This document shows, one piece after another, positions 52,080 through 64,000 of a DNA stretch of 64,000 nt. Within the stretch, counting starts at the first letter, position 1, and every line of letters starts with the position of its first letter. This stretch comes from Vicugna vicugna. Lineage: Eukaryota. The position numbers and the translations under genes were made by a program. The stretch is taken from assembly GCA_013265495.1 (NCBI GenBank), contig MU058584.1, positions 6,228,407-6,292,406 of the forward strand. Direction: 5' to 3'. A model generated the notes under the pieces. It made no database searches. It was given only the letters and a program-made list of their open reading frames with translations, and was not told where the DNA came from.

Positions 52080-52345
52080 CTCAGACCGACATAACATTCT
52101 GACGCCGACTGTAAATGCCCTTGACACGCAGAGTGGAAAATATCAAACACTCCACCAGTCCCCCAAATTCAGCGTCTCTGCACTGGGAAAGGCCTTAATG
52201 AGCCTGCAGTGAAGGGGGAGGGCGGGGGCCAGGACTCGGAGCCTGGGAGAGGGGAGGGGGTGTAACGGGTGGTTCTGATTTAAGGCTTGTACTGGTACAT
52301 GCCGGCGTGTGCAGCTCGGCTCGGACCACGGTGAATCTAAATGCC
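52080..52345. promoter_or_regulatory. GC-box / G-rich, CpG-retaining putative promoter or enhancer
   Basis: GGGAGGGCGGGGG GC-box (~52216-52228), a canonical G4 pattern at 52245-52269 and clustered CpGs at 52300-52332, in unique sequence. Confidence 0.45.
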
Positions 52346-52799
52346 CCAGGACCTTGCAGTGCAGCCCCAAACATCAATTCCAGGCCTTGCTGAGTCAAGA
52401 CCCTACTGAGACTATTTCCCTTTACACATTCCAGAGCATATGACTCTGAGGTGGAAGAATTTCCCAGCCCACAGAGCTGTGATTTTTCTGCCAAGGAATC
52501 TCTGTGCCCTGTTTTCTCCCACACAGTTCCCCTCCATTTTCTTGGAGGCTACCTTATTATGCTGTCCTCGCTTTGGTGAATTTTCATGATGGAGAAAGTC
52601 GGCAACCTGGAAGCCTTAAGGTACACCTGCCTTACTGTGAACAGAGAGTCTTTCCCTGGGGATCTGTTGCTATCTGCTCCCAGCATGCCCTCTACAAAGT
52701 TACTTGGAGAATAATCCAGAAGATGTAGAGGAAAAAGGTGTGTCCCTCCTTAATATCCTTTCTTCTCTTGGATCCATCATTGGATCCTTGTGCTGGGTT

Positions 52800-53340
52800 G
52801 GGTCAGCCATTCATTTCTTAATTTATTCACTATTTTTGAAGCACTTGTACAAAGTTTATAAAATGTATTTCCTACCTTTTGAAGATAGCACTATATAACA
52901 GGGGAAAGGGACATGCAAAAACAAAAATCACAAACAAGTGTTTCCGGAGCTTTAACAGAGGTCTGTTGCAGAGAAAGTGATGATGGTAGGTTTAGGGATT
53001 TGGAAATCTTTCCTGAGAAGACTGAATTTAAGCTGGGCCTTGACGAGCGCGTGGGGTTTCAGCAGGCAAAAGAATCAGCCAGTGCGAAGACTTGGGAGAG
53101 AGCAAATCCTGGTGAATTTGGGGAAGGAGTTCATCGTGGCTGCCGGACAGGGTGTGAGAAGTGACAATGGTAGGTGAAGCTGAGAAGGCACAAGGTTAAA
53201 GACTCATGTGCCAAGCTAATGCCTTCATTACAAAGTCCAAGGGATTTTATGAAGAGCTCTGGCCTGATCACGGCTGCATTTTAGAAGGGTGAGTCTAGTA
53301 GAGTGAAAGATGAACTGGGAAGGGGAAGGCTGGAGTCCTT
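52800..53340 (-). mobile_element. L2 fragment
   Basis: ttcctgagaagactgaatttaagctgggccttgacgagcgcgtggggtttcagcaggc...tgatcacggctgcattttagaagg. Confidence 0.7.
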
Positions 53341-54309
53341 CCTGTGTGGGACATGCTCTGTTCGTCTTAAGAACATCATTTGCTCATGAAAAAAGGTATT
53401 TAATTTCTATGTCTTACCACATCTGCTACACTCTCTTGGTACTGCTGCTCCCAACTCCTTAGACCCTTAGCATCAAAAACCAGTGTTCTCAAGGCATTTT
53501 TCTCTTGCCCATTGCCCTACTTTTGTCTCTCAAGATTGTGTGTTCCAGAAGCAAGAGCTTCGGGAAGTCATCAAAACCATTGGTCCATTTTAGAGCTACA
53601 CCCCAGAGGAAATAGAGAGGTTGAAGTCCAATCCCCAGGAGAGAGCAAACACATTCTTATATAAACACGGAGCAAATGCAAAATTTTAGCCAGAAAAATA
53701 GACTCACTTAAAATACATTCTGTTACTAAGCTTATATCAAACAGGCCCAAAGGGACCCGTCAGAAGTTTTGTTGCAAATTACATTTACATGGTTTTAGAT
53801 GGTGTTTTGGTGGTTAAAATTCTTCTAGTATAATAGCATGGGAACATAAGATAAGTGAATAATAAAAAAGGTAACTGAACCTCCTGTGTTAAGTCCCAAA
53901 GTTTTTACAGGTCTAATCTTCAGGGAATAATGAGGAATTAACCCATGAACAGGAAGATTTCCTGAAAGATAGAGACAGGGCTCAGTGGTGTCTCCAGCTT
54001 TAATTGTCACTGCTGGAGACAAGACCCCAGAATGCACAAACTGATTGCCCTGATGAAAACATCAGATTTTATGTATTTTGAAAATAATTGGTGGGAACTG
54101 CTGTAAAAATAATTATGCCTTGTCTCCCCCCTCACAGAAAGACTGTAGATGACAGACCAAAGTCATTGCTTTGTTTGGAACACTAGCTTTGCTTAAAAGT
54201 CTTTAGTTAAGATTCAGTGCTTTGTTATTGGAAACCTGTGTGTCTCGATGCCCTGACCATATTGAACATGCATTTTTGGATCTGTCTCACCATCTGTATT
54301 GTTTACACA

Positions 54310-54500
54310 CTGCAATGCAAGGCAGTGTGCTGCGACTTTTATATGCATGGTGTTATATTAATCAATCTTACAACAATCCTATGAGATAAATCCTACTATT
54401 AGCCTATTTTACACATGCAGATGCTGAAGTCTCAGAGGGATTGAGTTAACTTGGGCTCCCAATGAACAGAAATGAAATTCCAATCCAGATGGCTCACTAT
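54310..54500 (-). mobile_element. MIR SINE
   Basis: aatcttacaacaatcctatgagataaatcctactattagcctattttacacatgcagatgctgaagtctcagag. Confidence 0.8.
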
Positions 54501-54905
54501 ATGTATACTACCTGGTATGCAGATATTTCTAAAGGACACTAAAAGCTGTTACCCGAGTATGGGGGGCAAGGGAAGAGGATGGGATTGAGTTGAACTTAAT
54601 CAGGTGACTTGGCTGAGTTAGGGACAGACTCAGAGAGGTACCAAAATATTCATCTCCCTTCTCTTTGGTGTGGGCTCCACTTGCGACCCTTCCAGGCGCT
54701 GGAGGAGGTAGGGCACTGTTATCCCTGGGCTTGGAGTTGAGTTTCAGTGACTCTACAGAGGCAAACAAAATCACCAACTCAGCAGGCTCCAGGTCTGAAA
54801 GCAATTATGCTGGACCTAAAAATAACTGGGCTGCAGGTAAAACAGAATTTAATAACGTGTATTTAATTTCTAAATCCATCCCCACTTTTCCAAAATACCT
54901 AGCAC

Positions 54906-54948
54906 ATATATATATATCCTATATATATATAGATATATATATATATAT
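54906..54948. repeat. Interrupted (TA)n microsatellite
   Basis: atatatatatatcctatatatatatagatatatatatatatat read directly. Confidence 0.9.
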
Positions 54949-56679
54949 CCTTGAGCCCTTGGCACCTTGCTCAGCTCTGACTTTAAATGGTCCAGGCAGG
55001 TGGGCACATGGAGCTCCTCCAGGTCCACCTTGCTGTCCACCACGGAGGCTGAGGGAGAGCCTTCACTGCTGTTCCACTCTCTCACCTGCCATTCTTGACA
55101 TGCTCAGAGCAAAGATAAATCATAAACCTGGTTTTTGCTGAGCATCTTGACATGACTACCAGACTTGAAAGGAACTCAAGCAAATGTCCTTTTTTCTCTA
55201 GGACATTAGCTAAGAGGTGTGAAAGCCACTAAGAAATAATGCCCAGTTTGCAAGGAAAGAGTGAGGTGACAAGTGCTCTGGTTCCCCATTTGTTCCACCA
55301 GAGATGCTGAATCCAGCAGATCCCTTAAATGGCATGACATCAGTGTTGTAGCTGGGACTAGAAGATTCGAACATAGGAGGACATGATTATCTGGATGTCA
55401 TCAAGACGCCTTACCTCTCCTCTGCAAATGGATTCCTTCGCCCGCATGTCCTTTATGAGTGAATGGTCCTACCGTACACCCAGGCTCCCATGTAGGAATC
55501 CCAGATTCTTTCCACCTTATCTCCCTGTGAGTCTTTTTGTTTTTCTCCTGAATATCCCTTATCTCCACCTTCTTCTTTTCACCACTGTCAACTGTCAAAG
55601 CCTCCTTATTAATCTTGCCCCCCTCTGCCCATCCTCCACACTGCTGCCAGAGTGATGCTCCTAATCAAGGAATAATAATAAGTATCATTGGAGTTAGCAT
55701 TTTAATATGGGTTTACTAAGTGCCAGGTACCATGCTAATAGCTCCTCCTCTCTCCTTTTACTTGTTTTGATAATCCCATGTTCTTCTCCCAGGTTTTTAA
55801 TGATTCCCATTTCCAATAGGATGAACTTGCAACTCTTCTATACAGTGTCACGATCAAGTCTACTACTTACCATGTTTCTTCTCCTTCCACCATGACTCAA
55901 CCTCGACCCTGCATCATAGTGCACCCCTCACAGCTCCCTCCACGCTCTCATGTCTTGTTGCTTTCAGACATGCTGCACGTACCCGCGTGCACTTTTAATT
56001 TCTTGTACCTCACTAACTGGATCACTTTCTTAGACAAGCTTGTTTCACTGTGATCCGTCCTTTCCCCATCCCTAAACACAGCACACCTTGGAGAACAGTA
56101 AGACAAGCATTGCACTATGTGCTAGCATACGCTGGCAATGTAACTTTATCGTCAGAAGTTCTCAGTGCCTTCAACAGACCACAGACTCTATATTTAAATA
56201 ATCTATGTCAAAAGGAATGCTTCAGATCAACCATTCCAAAACCTAAATCATGATTTTCATCAACAATCCCTGATATTGAACTGGCCAACCCTAAGAACAC
56301 CATATGAAGGATAGCACGGTCCCTCTTGTGACACATTTTGCAGCCAGGTTCTCTTGAGAATGAGGATCTTTGCATGTTTGTCCCATGCTTTCTTCCCAGT
56401 TCTTCCCTCCCTGGCATATTTTAGGCACTCAAATAGTTGTGGAAAAATTATATTGATACAAAGAGACAATTTTATGGCCACAGTTAAACATTTGGACATG
56501 TACATTTAATTGTTTCCCCATGTTAAAATTTTCATTTTCTATGATGAGGAGAGCATAAACATTTCTGAAAAGCTATTTAACAATATGTATCAAGAACTCT
56601 AAAAGGATTCATACCCTTTGTGACAGGGACTGCCAGCTGACTTGGGTACCCAAAGTCTTAGTGAGTTTAGATACCTAAT

Positions 56680-56965
56680 ACCTTTTTTTCCCTCTTCTTC
56701 TTTACTAACAGAAAGCCTTTGTTTTTGAGATGGAAATGTGTCCAGCTAAACTCTACATTTCCTAACCCTCATGAAATTGTGTGGCCATGTGACTAAGTTT
56801 TTATGACTAAGAGGTGTAAGAGAAATTTTCTGTGAGAGATTTCCAGTAAGTCTCTTTGCAGTTGGGGCAGAACACTGATGAAATTGTTTTTGCTTCCACC
56901 TCCTTCCTGAAGCCTGAAACTAAGATATGATGGCTGGATCTTTAGCAGCCATCTTGGACTCATTC
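56680..56965 (+). mobile_element. MaLR LTR fragment, MLT1J/K-like
   Basis: aatgtgtccagctaaactctacatttcc...tggccatgtgactaagtttt...tgatggctggatctttagcagccatcttgga. Confidence 0.65.
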
Positions 56966-57699
56966 AGTCAGAAAGGCTTATACAGGATATTGAAAGCTTA
57001 CAGAATTTCTAAGAGGGCTTGAGAATACTAGCCAAGGACAGTGCAACCAAGACAAAAGGTATTTTGGAGGCCTCCCTGCCATTGCCTTACTGCTCAGCAC
57101 TTGGCACCTGTGACAGTAGAATGCAGCTCTCCCCAAAGAAACCTATGACCTCCTTCATCATGTATTCCCAGAAGAGCCCATATTTCTGTGCTTGCTCACC
57201 ACCTCCCTTTGCTCACTTCTGCCTCCAAGTCTTGCAACAGTGTCTCTGCTTGGTGGAACTCAAAGCACCTTGGAAACTGTAGCTATAAGGAAGTCTGGAA
57301 AATGTCTTCATAGTTTCCATTTTTCCAGCCTCTGAATTACAGGAAGACACATGAGAAGGAGACCGGAGTGGGTGTTGAGAGAAGCAGTGTGAAGTATTTG
57401 CCACTCTGTCAACTCAGCTTTACCTGTGGTTCTTTGTGTCAGAGCTGTCATTGTTCGGAATTAGTGGGGACGTGCAGCAGTGGGCATACGGAGCAGAGTT
57501 TGTTTCACGCCCAGGGAGAAAAATTTATAGAGCAGAGGAATACAGGAAACAGACCAATCGTTAGCCTTTACAGGATCTCAAAAATAACAGCAAAAACCAA
57601 GCAGCTACAGTCGAGTCAAGAACTCTTAGTAATCTCAACAGCATCCTGGCTGGCATCCTGCCGCTACCCTGGCCCCCTTCAGTCTCATCTCTACACAAT

Positions 57700-58190
57700 A
57701 ATAAAACTGACTCGGTGAAACTTAAGGCACATCAAGGTGCTCTTCTGCTCAAAACTCCCCGATGACATCCCTTCTCGCTCGCTTCCCTTGGAGAAAAGCC
57801 ACAGTCCCCACTCTGCCACTCTGCTCCTTTGTTCCTCCAACGTGCAGGGAGGAACACCTCCCATCACCTCAGCCCTTGCTCTGATGCTCTCTTTGCCTAG
57901 AGTACCACTCTTCCCCGATGTCATCCTCTCAGTAAATCCTTCTCTGGCCTCACTAACCCAAGCATGCCCCCCGCCAACTTCCTATCCACCTTCCTCTTTA
58001 TTTCCTCCTTAGCACTTGTTTCCAATGATCCATTTATTGTGTTTAGACTGTCCCTCCCCAGCCCCTCAAATGGAACCTAAGTCGAGGTGGAAGTTGTCAT
58101 GCCCTTTGCTCACTGCTTCCTCCGCAGTCAGTGCTAGGTGCTTCGTGACTGTTGGTCAAAGCGACAAATAAATGAACAAACTGGTTGAAC
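57700..58190 (+). mobile_element. L2 3' region
   Basis: ctcttctgctcaaaactccc...tctttatttcctccttagcactt...gactgtccctcccc...cagtgctaggtgc...aaataaatgaacaaa. Confidence 0.65.
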
Positions 58191-59149
58191 TGAAGAGCTC
58201 TTGGATAGATGAAAAAATAAAAAAAGGTTTTCCCATAGAGGGAGAAAAGGTAAAGGGGATTTCTGAGGAGGCATAAAAGGAATTCCATAAAGCCGCCTTC
58301 CTTCTAGGGTATCCTTGGGGGCAAGAGTGTCGTGGTATGCTCTGCTTCTGTAGGGAAACCCTGCCGCTGACAGAGCTGTGATGGGAAAGGAACACAGGCT
58401 AGGGAGCCAGGAGGTCAGGCTCTAACTCTGCCTCTGCCTCAAGCTGGATGAGTTTGGGGAAGCCCTTTCTGCTCACTTGGGCCCCGATGTGACTGTGGAG
58501 AAACAGGCTTCATGGGCTCTGACTTTCGTCCACGGCGAATTGCACAGAAAGGACAATTCATCGATAAGCAACTTAAAATCTGTGGGTGTAACTCCAAGGA
58601 CTCAGAAGCTGCATTTTTAGCCTATGAATTTCCTCCAGAAATGCTTGTGGCGGCAGAAATTCCTCCACCCTGCCCCGTGGAGCAGGGCCACGTCCACGGG
58701 GCCGTGGCCTCTACAGGCTGCTGTTAACACTCGGCTGGTGAGGAAGTAGGTCTGTGGCTGCTGCTTGAGGACACCGTGTTCCATCTGCTGCAGCAATCTT
58801 GTGGTCCAGTCTTTATTTCTCCTCCAAATACACAAGCTTTCTCTGCACATTTCACGTGAGTATCTTGAAGGAGTCCAGGGACATTTTTCTTCCACCTGCC
58901 TGAAATTTGTCTTGGCAGGCATTCTGAAGCCTGGAGTCTTGAGAGATTTGGTTTTGTTCAATTATAGACATAACTTCAGTGAGGTGAAACAGCTCAGGCA
59001 AAAACTTACTGGAGTGCCCTCCCATCATTTCTGCCCTTGAAACTCTACCCATCCTGCAAGGCCTGATCCTGGAGCCGCCTCATCCACGGAGCTTTCCCAG
59101 GTCATCAGAGCTGAAAGGGCACGCTCCTCTCCCCGAGGCTGAGTGCTGG

Positions 59150-59810
59150 CAGAGCAAGTCAAGGCGAGGAGGAGAGAGAAGGGTTTTGATCCCAGGTTTT
59201 GCTCGTGGGTAACCTTGACCAAGTTTTGAGTCCCAACTTCCCTGAGCCTCAGACTTCTCAACAGTGGATGGTGAGAGTGAAGACAGTAGAAGCTAACATC
59301 TACTGAGAACTTGCTGTCAAGCACTATGTTAGATACTGCACAACACCTGTTTTATTCAACCTTCCTAACAACCCCATGGGACGAGGCATTTTACTATGCC
59401 TTCTTTATATATGAGGGAAGCCAAAGGTGAAAATGAAATAATTCATGTCTCACTGAGTGATGAAGATTAAATTTTTAGAAATGTGGATCATGGCATTCAG
59501 TAAACACTTCATAAATGTAAGTTCCTTCTTCATTGTGCTCATTAAACCAGCTTGGGTGTGTTATTCTCACAACACTGACCACGTGTTGCCTTATATTACG
59601 GCTTATGTAGAAGTGATGAGATAACACAGGACAGGAAATAAGGGCTGGCTATGGAGTGCGGCAGGCCTGGGCTCCCATCCTTGGATACGTTCCTTAATCT
59701 TTGGGAACCTTTGTCCCCTCAACTGTACTGCTGTGAAGATTCATTGAATGGATAAGTCATCTAGAATAATGCCTGGCATTATTGTAATGTAATAGCTATT
59801 AGCATAATCA
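59150..59810. mobile_element. Cluster of MIR fragments in both orientations
   Basis: ggtaaccttgaccaagt...ctgagcctcag (+); aaccttcctaacaaccccatggga...atgagggaagcc (-); ttccttaatctttgggaacc...tgtgaagattcattgaa (+). Confidence 0.7.
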
Positions 59811-59929
59811 TTCATCATGAATGTTAAAATCCATACTCCTTTTTAGTGTAAAATTCCCTGAGAAATAAAACAAGCCTTTTCCATCATTGTACCCATTTGT
59901 GACACATCCTATGCCTTGTATGTTAAAAA

Positions 59930-60112
59930 GATTGCTTCTCCAAGTGCCAAAGGGTCTCCTACATTAGAATGCCCTAGAAACTTGGTAAAAGGGAAATTCC
60001 TGGGCACTTCCTCAAATTCAGTGGGTCATGATCTCTGGCAGTGGCCCAGGATTTTATATTTTATCAATTTCCTCATATAATTTCTGTGGACCCTGACATC
60101 TGAAGATCACTC
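59930..60112. mobile_element. MER5-like hAT-Charlie DNA transposon remnant
   Basis: gcttctcca...acattagaatgccctagaaacttggtaaaa...ttcctgggc...gtggcccaggattttatattttatcaatttcctc...tgaagatcact. Confidence 0.65.
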
Positions 60113-60619
60113 TCCTCAGAGCATTTAATATCTATGAAATAAATAAATAAACCAATGGATGGATGATCAAACAATTGGTTGAAGTATGCATTTTTTAAAT
60201 GAATGGAAAGGAGCTACCGATAGTGCTAATGATTTCAGGTTAAAAAGACCCTGGTCTCTTTCTTCAGCATACAGTTTTGGACCTCAGTTGCTTGTTTGGC
60301 TTATCCTTGCCCCAAATGCTCCTTCAGTCCATTTCCTTGGAGAGGTGGGGTAGTGATCTACTGAGGCACAGGTCTTCATTAGGCGCTGAGAATTTCCTAA
60401 GAACTGTTAGTCTCCAGCCGACTCATCAGCAACATGGACTTACCCACACTCTGGGTGCCTGCCTGTAAGCATCATCCCAGAGCTCTATCAAGATGAGTTA
60501 TATTAATGGATTCTATAAGAAAACAAATGCTTCCAAACTTCGAAAAACACTTCCATAACTTTTAATTGGGATATAAATCTTTCTGGCATCAACAATTTAG
60601 CAAAGAAGAAAAGAAATCT

Positions 60620-60644
60620 TGAGTCACATGAATCATGTGACTCA
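60620..60644. promoter_or_regulatory. Perfect 12-bp inverted repeat containing AP-1 and M-box/E-box motifs
   Basis: TGAGTCACATGA-A-TCATGTGACTCA read directly. A regulatory role is inferred only. Confidence 0.5.
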
Positions 60645-61254
60645 TATACATAGATATTCTGGCTTTACTTTTATACCAACTAGTTTCTTTTTGAAAGACA
60701 TTTCTTAAAGCACCATGAAACGAAAGGTTATTTTTCTATAAAGACTTGTCACACCAACATCTTGGTAGAAACGCTACTCCTTTAAAAACAAAAAGGAAGG
60801 AAGACAGAAGAGTGATGTGGCCAGCAGAGTAATAAATTAAATTCACCTGGCAGAGTTCATTCTTCAGGTCTGAGAAATGTAAAAGAACACATTCCTGGTG
60901 AATGAAAAAAAAAATCCGCAGAAAGAAAGAATGAAAAGAGAGGTTACAGTTCCCAAACCCTGACTCCAGCATAAACGGCATGTTCGGGTTAAGAGTCATA
61001 CTCCCTGGGTAATTTCCATACCAAATGTGCAACATTTTAGAAGCCAAAACAAAAGCTGTGAAGCCCAGCAGAGCCCAAGCCAGTTTAATTTCTCCCACAG
61101 AAAAGGGAGATAATAACAACCTAGAAATGAATCTTTTTTTTTCATTAAAAGTTGCTATATTTTAAATTTTGAGTTGAGTTGGGTAGTAAAAAGCTACACA
61201 CAATAGCCTCTTCCAGGAGCTAGTAACTATAATATGCTAAAAAGCTCAAAGTTG

Positions 61255-61445
61255 AGAGTTCTGTGCAGTATCAGCCCTAGTATATTTTTTACCCAGTAAG
61301 GCCTCCATTTCTTCATCTGCAAAACTAGAAACAGACTTGCGCCCTTTACAAAACGTGGTTGTGAGGACTCTATGTTAAAATACGCATAAAGATCTTAGCA
61401 CCGTTCACTGCACACTGTGAGACCTTAATCAGTGCTAGTTATTCG
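61255..61445 (+). mobile_element. MIR SINE
   Basis: gcctccatttcttcatctgcaaaactag...ggttgtgaggactctatgttaaaatacgcataaagatcttagcac. Confidence 0.8.
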
Positions 61446-62669
61446 AATTATACAAGCTTCAGCCTGGAGACAAAGATGTCTACCTTTATTGGAATGAATA
61501 ACTGATGTTCGCAACCCCAACGACAATGAGATCTTGTGTTGCGTGGTCCTGGCAGGAGAACTAAAGCGAAAGTGGAGACTGAAGAATGTGGAAGTAAAGC
61601 CAATTATGTGAGCAGCAGGGAGTGTTTGATGTACACTAGCTGGATGTATTGTAAAGGAGATGGTACTTCTAACCATGCCTCATGTCATCAAGAAGTTTCT
61701 ATGCCAACAATAAATTATCATCATGTATTTACACAATAGTGCCAAATGCAACTCCAGATTTATCTGAGTTCTAGCTTCAAGAAAAATGGCCATCTGTTAA
61801 GTCCTCTTCCCCTGAGGAATACAAAACACTGAGTATGAATTCTTAGTGTTCAAAGATTGCATTGAGATAGTGAGAGAGTGGGGAACATTCATTGCTATTT
61901 TCTGTTGTGCAGAAGGAGGCCCAAGAAGATAAAACTGCTTTGGTAAAGTCACACGACTGAAGCGGAGCCTCGGTCTCTTAAAACTAAACTTCAAACTCCA
62001 TCCAGGAAAGTTCACCATACTTTCCGTGTCTTCCCGTGCACGGTAGCTCTGCTTCCCTTGGGTTTCATTTTCAAGAGTAATAATTCATCAATTTCAACAA
62101 ATTCGATGGTTTTTCCTATCACCGGCCCTCAGGACATGTTCGAGGTGTTTTTCTTTTTGACTTCAAGGTAAATGTGACCCAGGTGTGAGCCTCCTGCTGA
62201 GCAGAACGAGAAAGCAGTGCAGTTAGGAAAGCCCTGGGGAAGCACACCTTCACTTTTCCCTTACAAGCCGGTGAACCAAGGTGGGATCGAATCTGAGGTT
62301 GGAGGGAACGGAGCCTGCATCTCCAGAAGTGGCCTCAGCATCCAAGCAGGATGTGTCAGGAGTAGCTGGGGGAAACTGGAGGATCAGAAAGACTGCTGTC
62401 CTGAAAGGAGCCCCAGTCCACGGGGAATGTTTTACATCTGGCAAATGGGTGTAGGGGTTTGAGATAATGATGAGTCAGGATGAGAGAGCTGAGCTAGAAG
62501 AATCTTCTAGGAGCAGGGAGGTCCTTAACCCCATGCCTACAGTTTTAAAACAAATCAACAAAAACTAGAATCCACGGAGAAATGATGACAGTATAACACA
62601 CAGCCAGAAAGCAAATGGAATAAGAGAAAAAATAAACTTTTTGGTTCCAGCTTTAGTCATCCTTTTCTT

Positions 62670-63110
62670 TTCTCGAAAATAACAAATATACATTTCTAGA
62701 AAAACATACCTTAGGGAAATAATCAGAAATGCAGCAAAGATTTCTGTTAGAAGATGTTCATCATTGTGTTACTCATATTAGTAAAATAATGGAGGGAAAC
62801 TTAACACTCAACACCGGGAGAATTTAAAATAATTTAGTGCATAGTTGTACAATGAAATAGTAGACATCCATTAAATAACAAGTTCACAAAGAATGTTTTC
62901 TGACATAAAAATGTTCACAATAGTGTATCTGAGTGAAAAAGTAAGACATAAAACTGTGCATATAATATGACTTTAATTATGTAAAAGAAAAACAAGGACA
63001 CACACACAAAGATTAGAAATAAACACAAACATAAAGGAAACAACAATGCCCTATCTCTAAGTGATGAACGTGTGGGAGATTTTTATATTCCCCTTTGTTT
63101 AAATTTTTAG
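62670..63110 (+). mobile_element. Old L1 3' end, L1ME-like
   Basis: aagatgttcatcattgtgttactcatattagtaaaataatgga...tgacataaaaatgttcacaatagtgtatctgagtgaaaaagtaagacataaaactgtgcatata. Confidence 0.75.
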
Positions 63111-63724
63111 AAGACTTAAAAATACGATTAACATAGCTTTTCAATACTCTGAAGAAATATTATCTGAAGAAAGATGATGATTCTGGTCAATGTGCCGAGA
63201 AACCAGTTTTTCTACTAAAAGGTACTTGTGCACGCCGAACCTGGAGAAAAACAACTTCAAATTAACCTTCTGCAGCACCACTCCCGTGCCCACCTTGATT
63301 CCAGTGAACAGAAATTCACCAAGACCACGCCACTCAGCTGGCCTCAGGAACGCAGCTGTCTGAGCCATTTCCCTTCAGCCATGTGGGGAACATCACTCCC
63401 ATATATCCAGAGTTGTAAGTGGTCCAAGTCCTGTCATTTTCTGTGGGCAAAGGGAGGGAAGGAGCTACGTGATGGCATGCATAGAATCGTGGATCATCCC
63501 TGGTGCCATTGCATTTCACCAGCTTTCTAAAGGCACAAACCCTTCAGCGCACGGCTCAGCTTTTCCTCTCAAGAACATGGCCAAAATTTGATATGCCTGG
63601 AAGATGTCTATTTAGCCTCCCTTCCTCAGCTTTCTCCCTAGTCATTCAAATATGGAAACTGACTTGCATGACAACTGTTTTATTCTCCAGATTGAATTAA
63701 CTCCAGTTGCTGTCTATTTCACTT

Positions 63725-64000
63725 TGCAAAGTTCTCCTTTTGGGAAGTGAGCATTTTCATACAATGCAGGTAGGACTATAAATTAGTGCAATATTTTTGG
63801 GGGGGAATCTCTTAATCATAAACAAATGCATATGCACATGTGTACGTGTAATTCCACCTACATATATTAAGACTTGAAAATATGCATACCCTCTAACCCC
63901 AAAATGCCACTTCTACTAATTTACTCTAACCAACTAACCAGTAATGATGTTAGACACTGAAAATCATATTACTTGTATAATCAGACAAAAAAAAAGCTAT
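63725..64000 (+). mobile_element. Old L1 ORF2-end remnant running off the window
   Basis: tcatacaatgcaggtaggactataaattagtgcaatattttgg...aaaatatgcataccctctaaccccaaaatgccacttcta. Confidence 0.65.

Noticed and set aside
54665..55141. Longest ORF (158 aa)
   Set aside because: Reads through a (TA)n microsatellite (YISYIYIDIYIYI), TTG start, no homology.
63170..63260. Possible C/D-box snoRNA (ATGATGA present)
   Set aside because: No appropriately placed D box with a terminal stem seen; C-box words occur by chance.
1..64000. The ORFs in the supplied six-frame track as protein-coding genes
   Set aside because: Short, many with non-ATG starts, low-complexity or repeat-derived, with no recognisable domain. 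This is expected by chance in mammalian non-coding DNA.
1..64000. A novel multi-component biological system
   Set aside because: Nothing in the sequence supports one. The signals found are regulatory or exon candidates and transposon history.

Overview
Mammalian nuclear DNA, AT-rich and CpG-depleted. It is most likely cetartiodactyl and probably camelid, inferred from the L1 3' ends and a short tRNA-derived SINE. I recognise no protein-coding exon of any known gene, and no rRNA, tRNA or CRISPR. The six-frame ORFs are chance ORFs, apart from a few L1 ORF2 C-terminal remnants. The window reads as intergenic or deep intronic sequence. It is dominated by ancient repeats (L2, MIR, MaLR/ERVL LTRs, old L1M, hAT/MER DNA transposons) overlaid by younger 5'-truncated L1 tails with visible target-site duplications (TSDs). 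The non-repeat signals worth following are: (i) a putative non-coding first exon/promoter at ~17.2-17.45 kb ending in a GTAAGT donor; (ii) a CpG-retaining RFX X-box module at ~38.9 kb; (iii) a GC-box/G-quadruplex element at ~52.2 kb; (iv) a perfect AP-1/M-box palindrome at 60.62 kb; (v) an L2 remnant unusually rich in CpG at ~32.0-32.7 kb; (vi) a few splice-site-bounded candidate exons on both strands. I found no evidence for a new multi-gene system. Repeat subfamily names are from memory of consensus sequences and boundaries are approximate unless a TSD is quoted.
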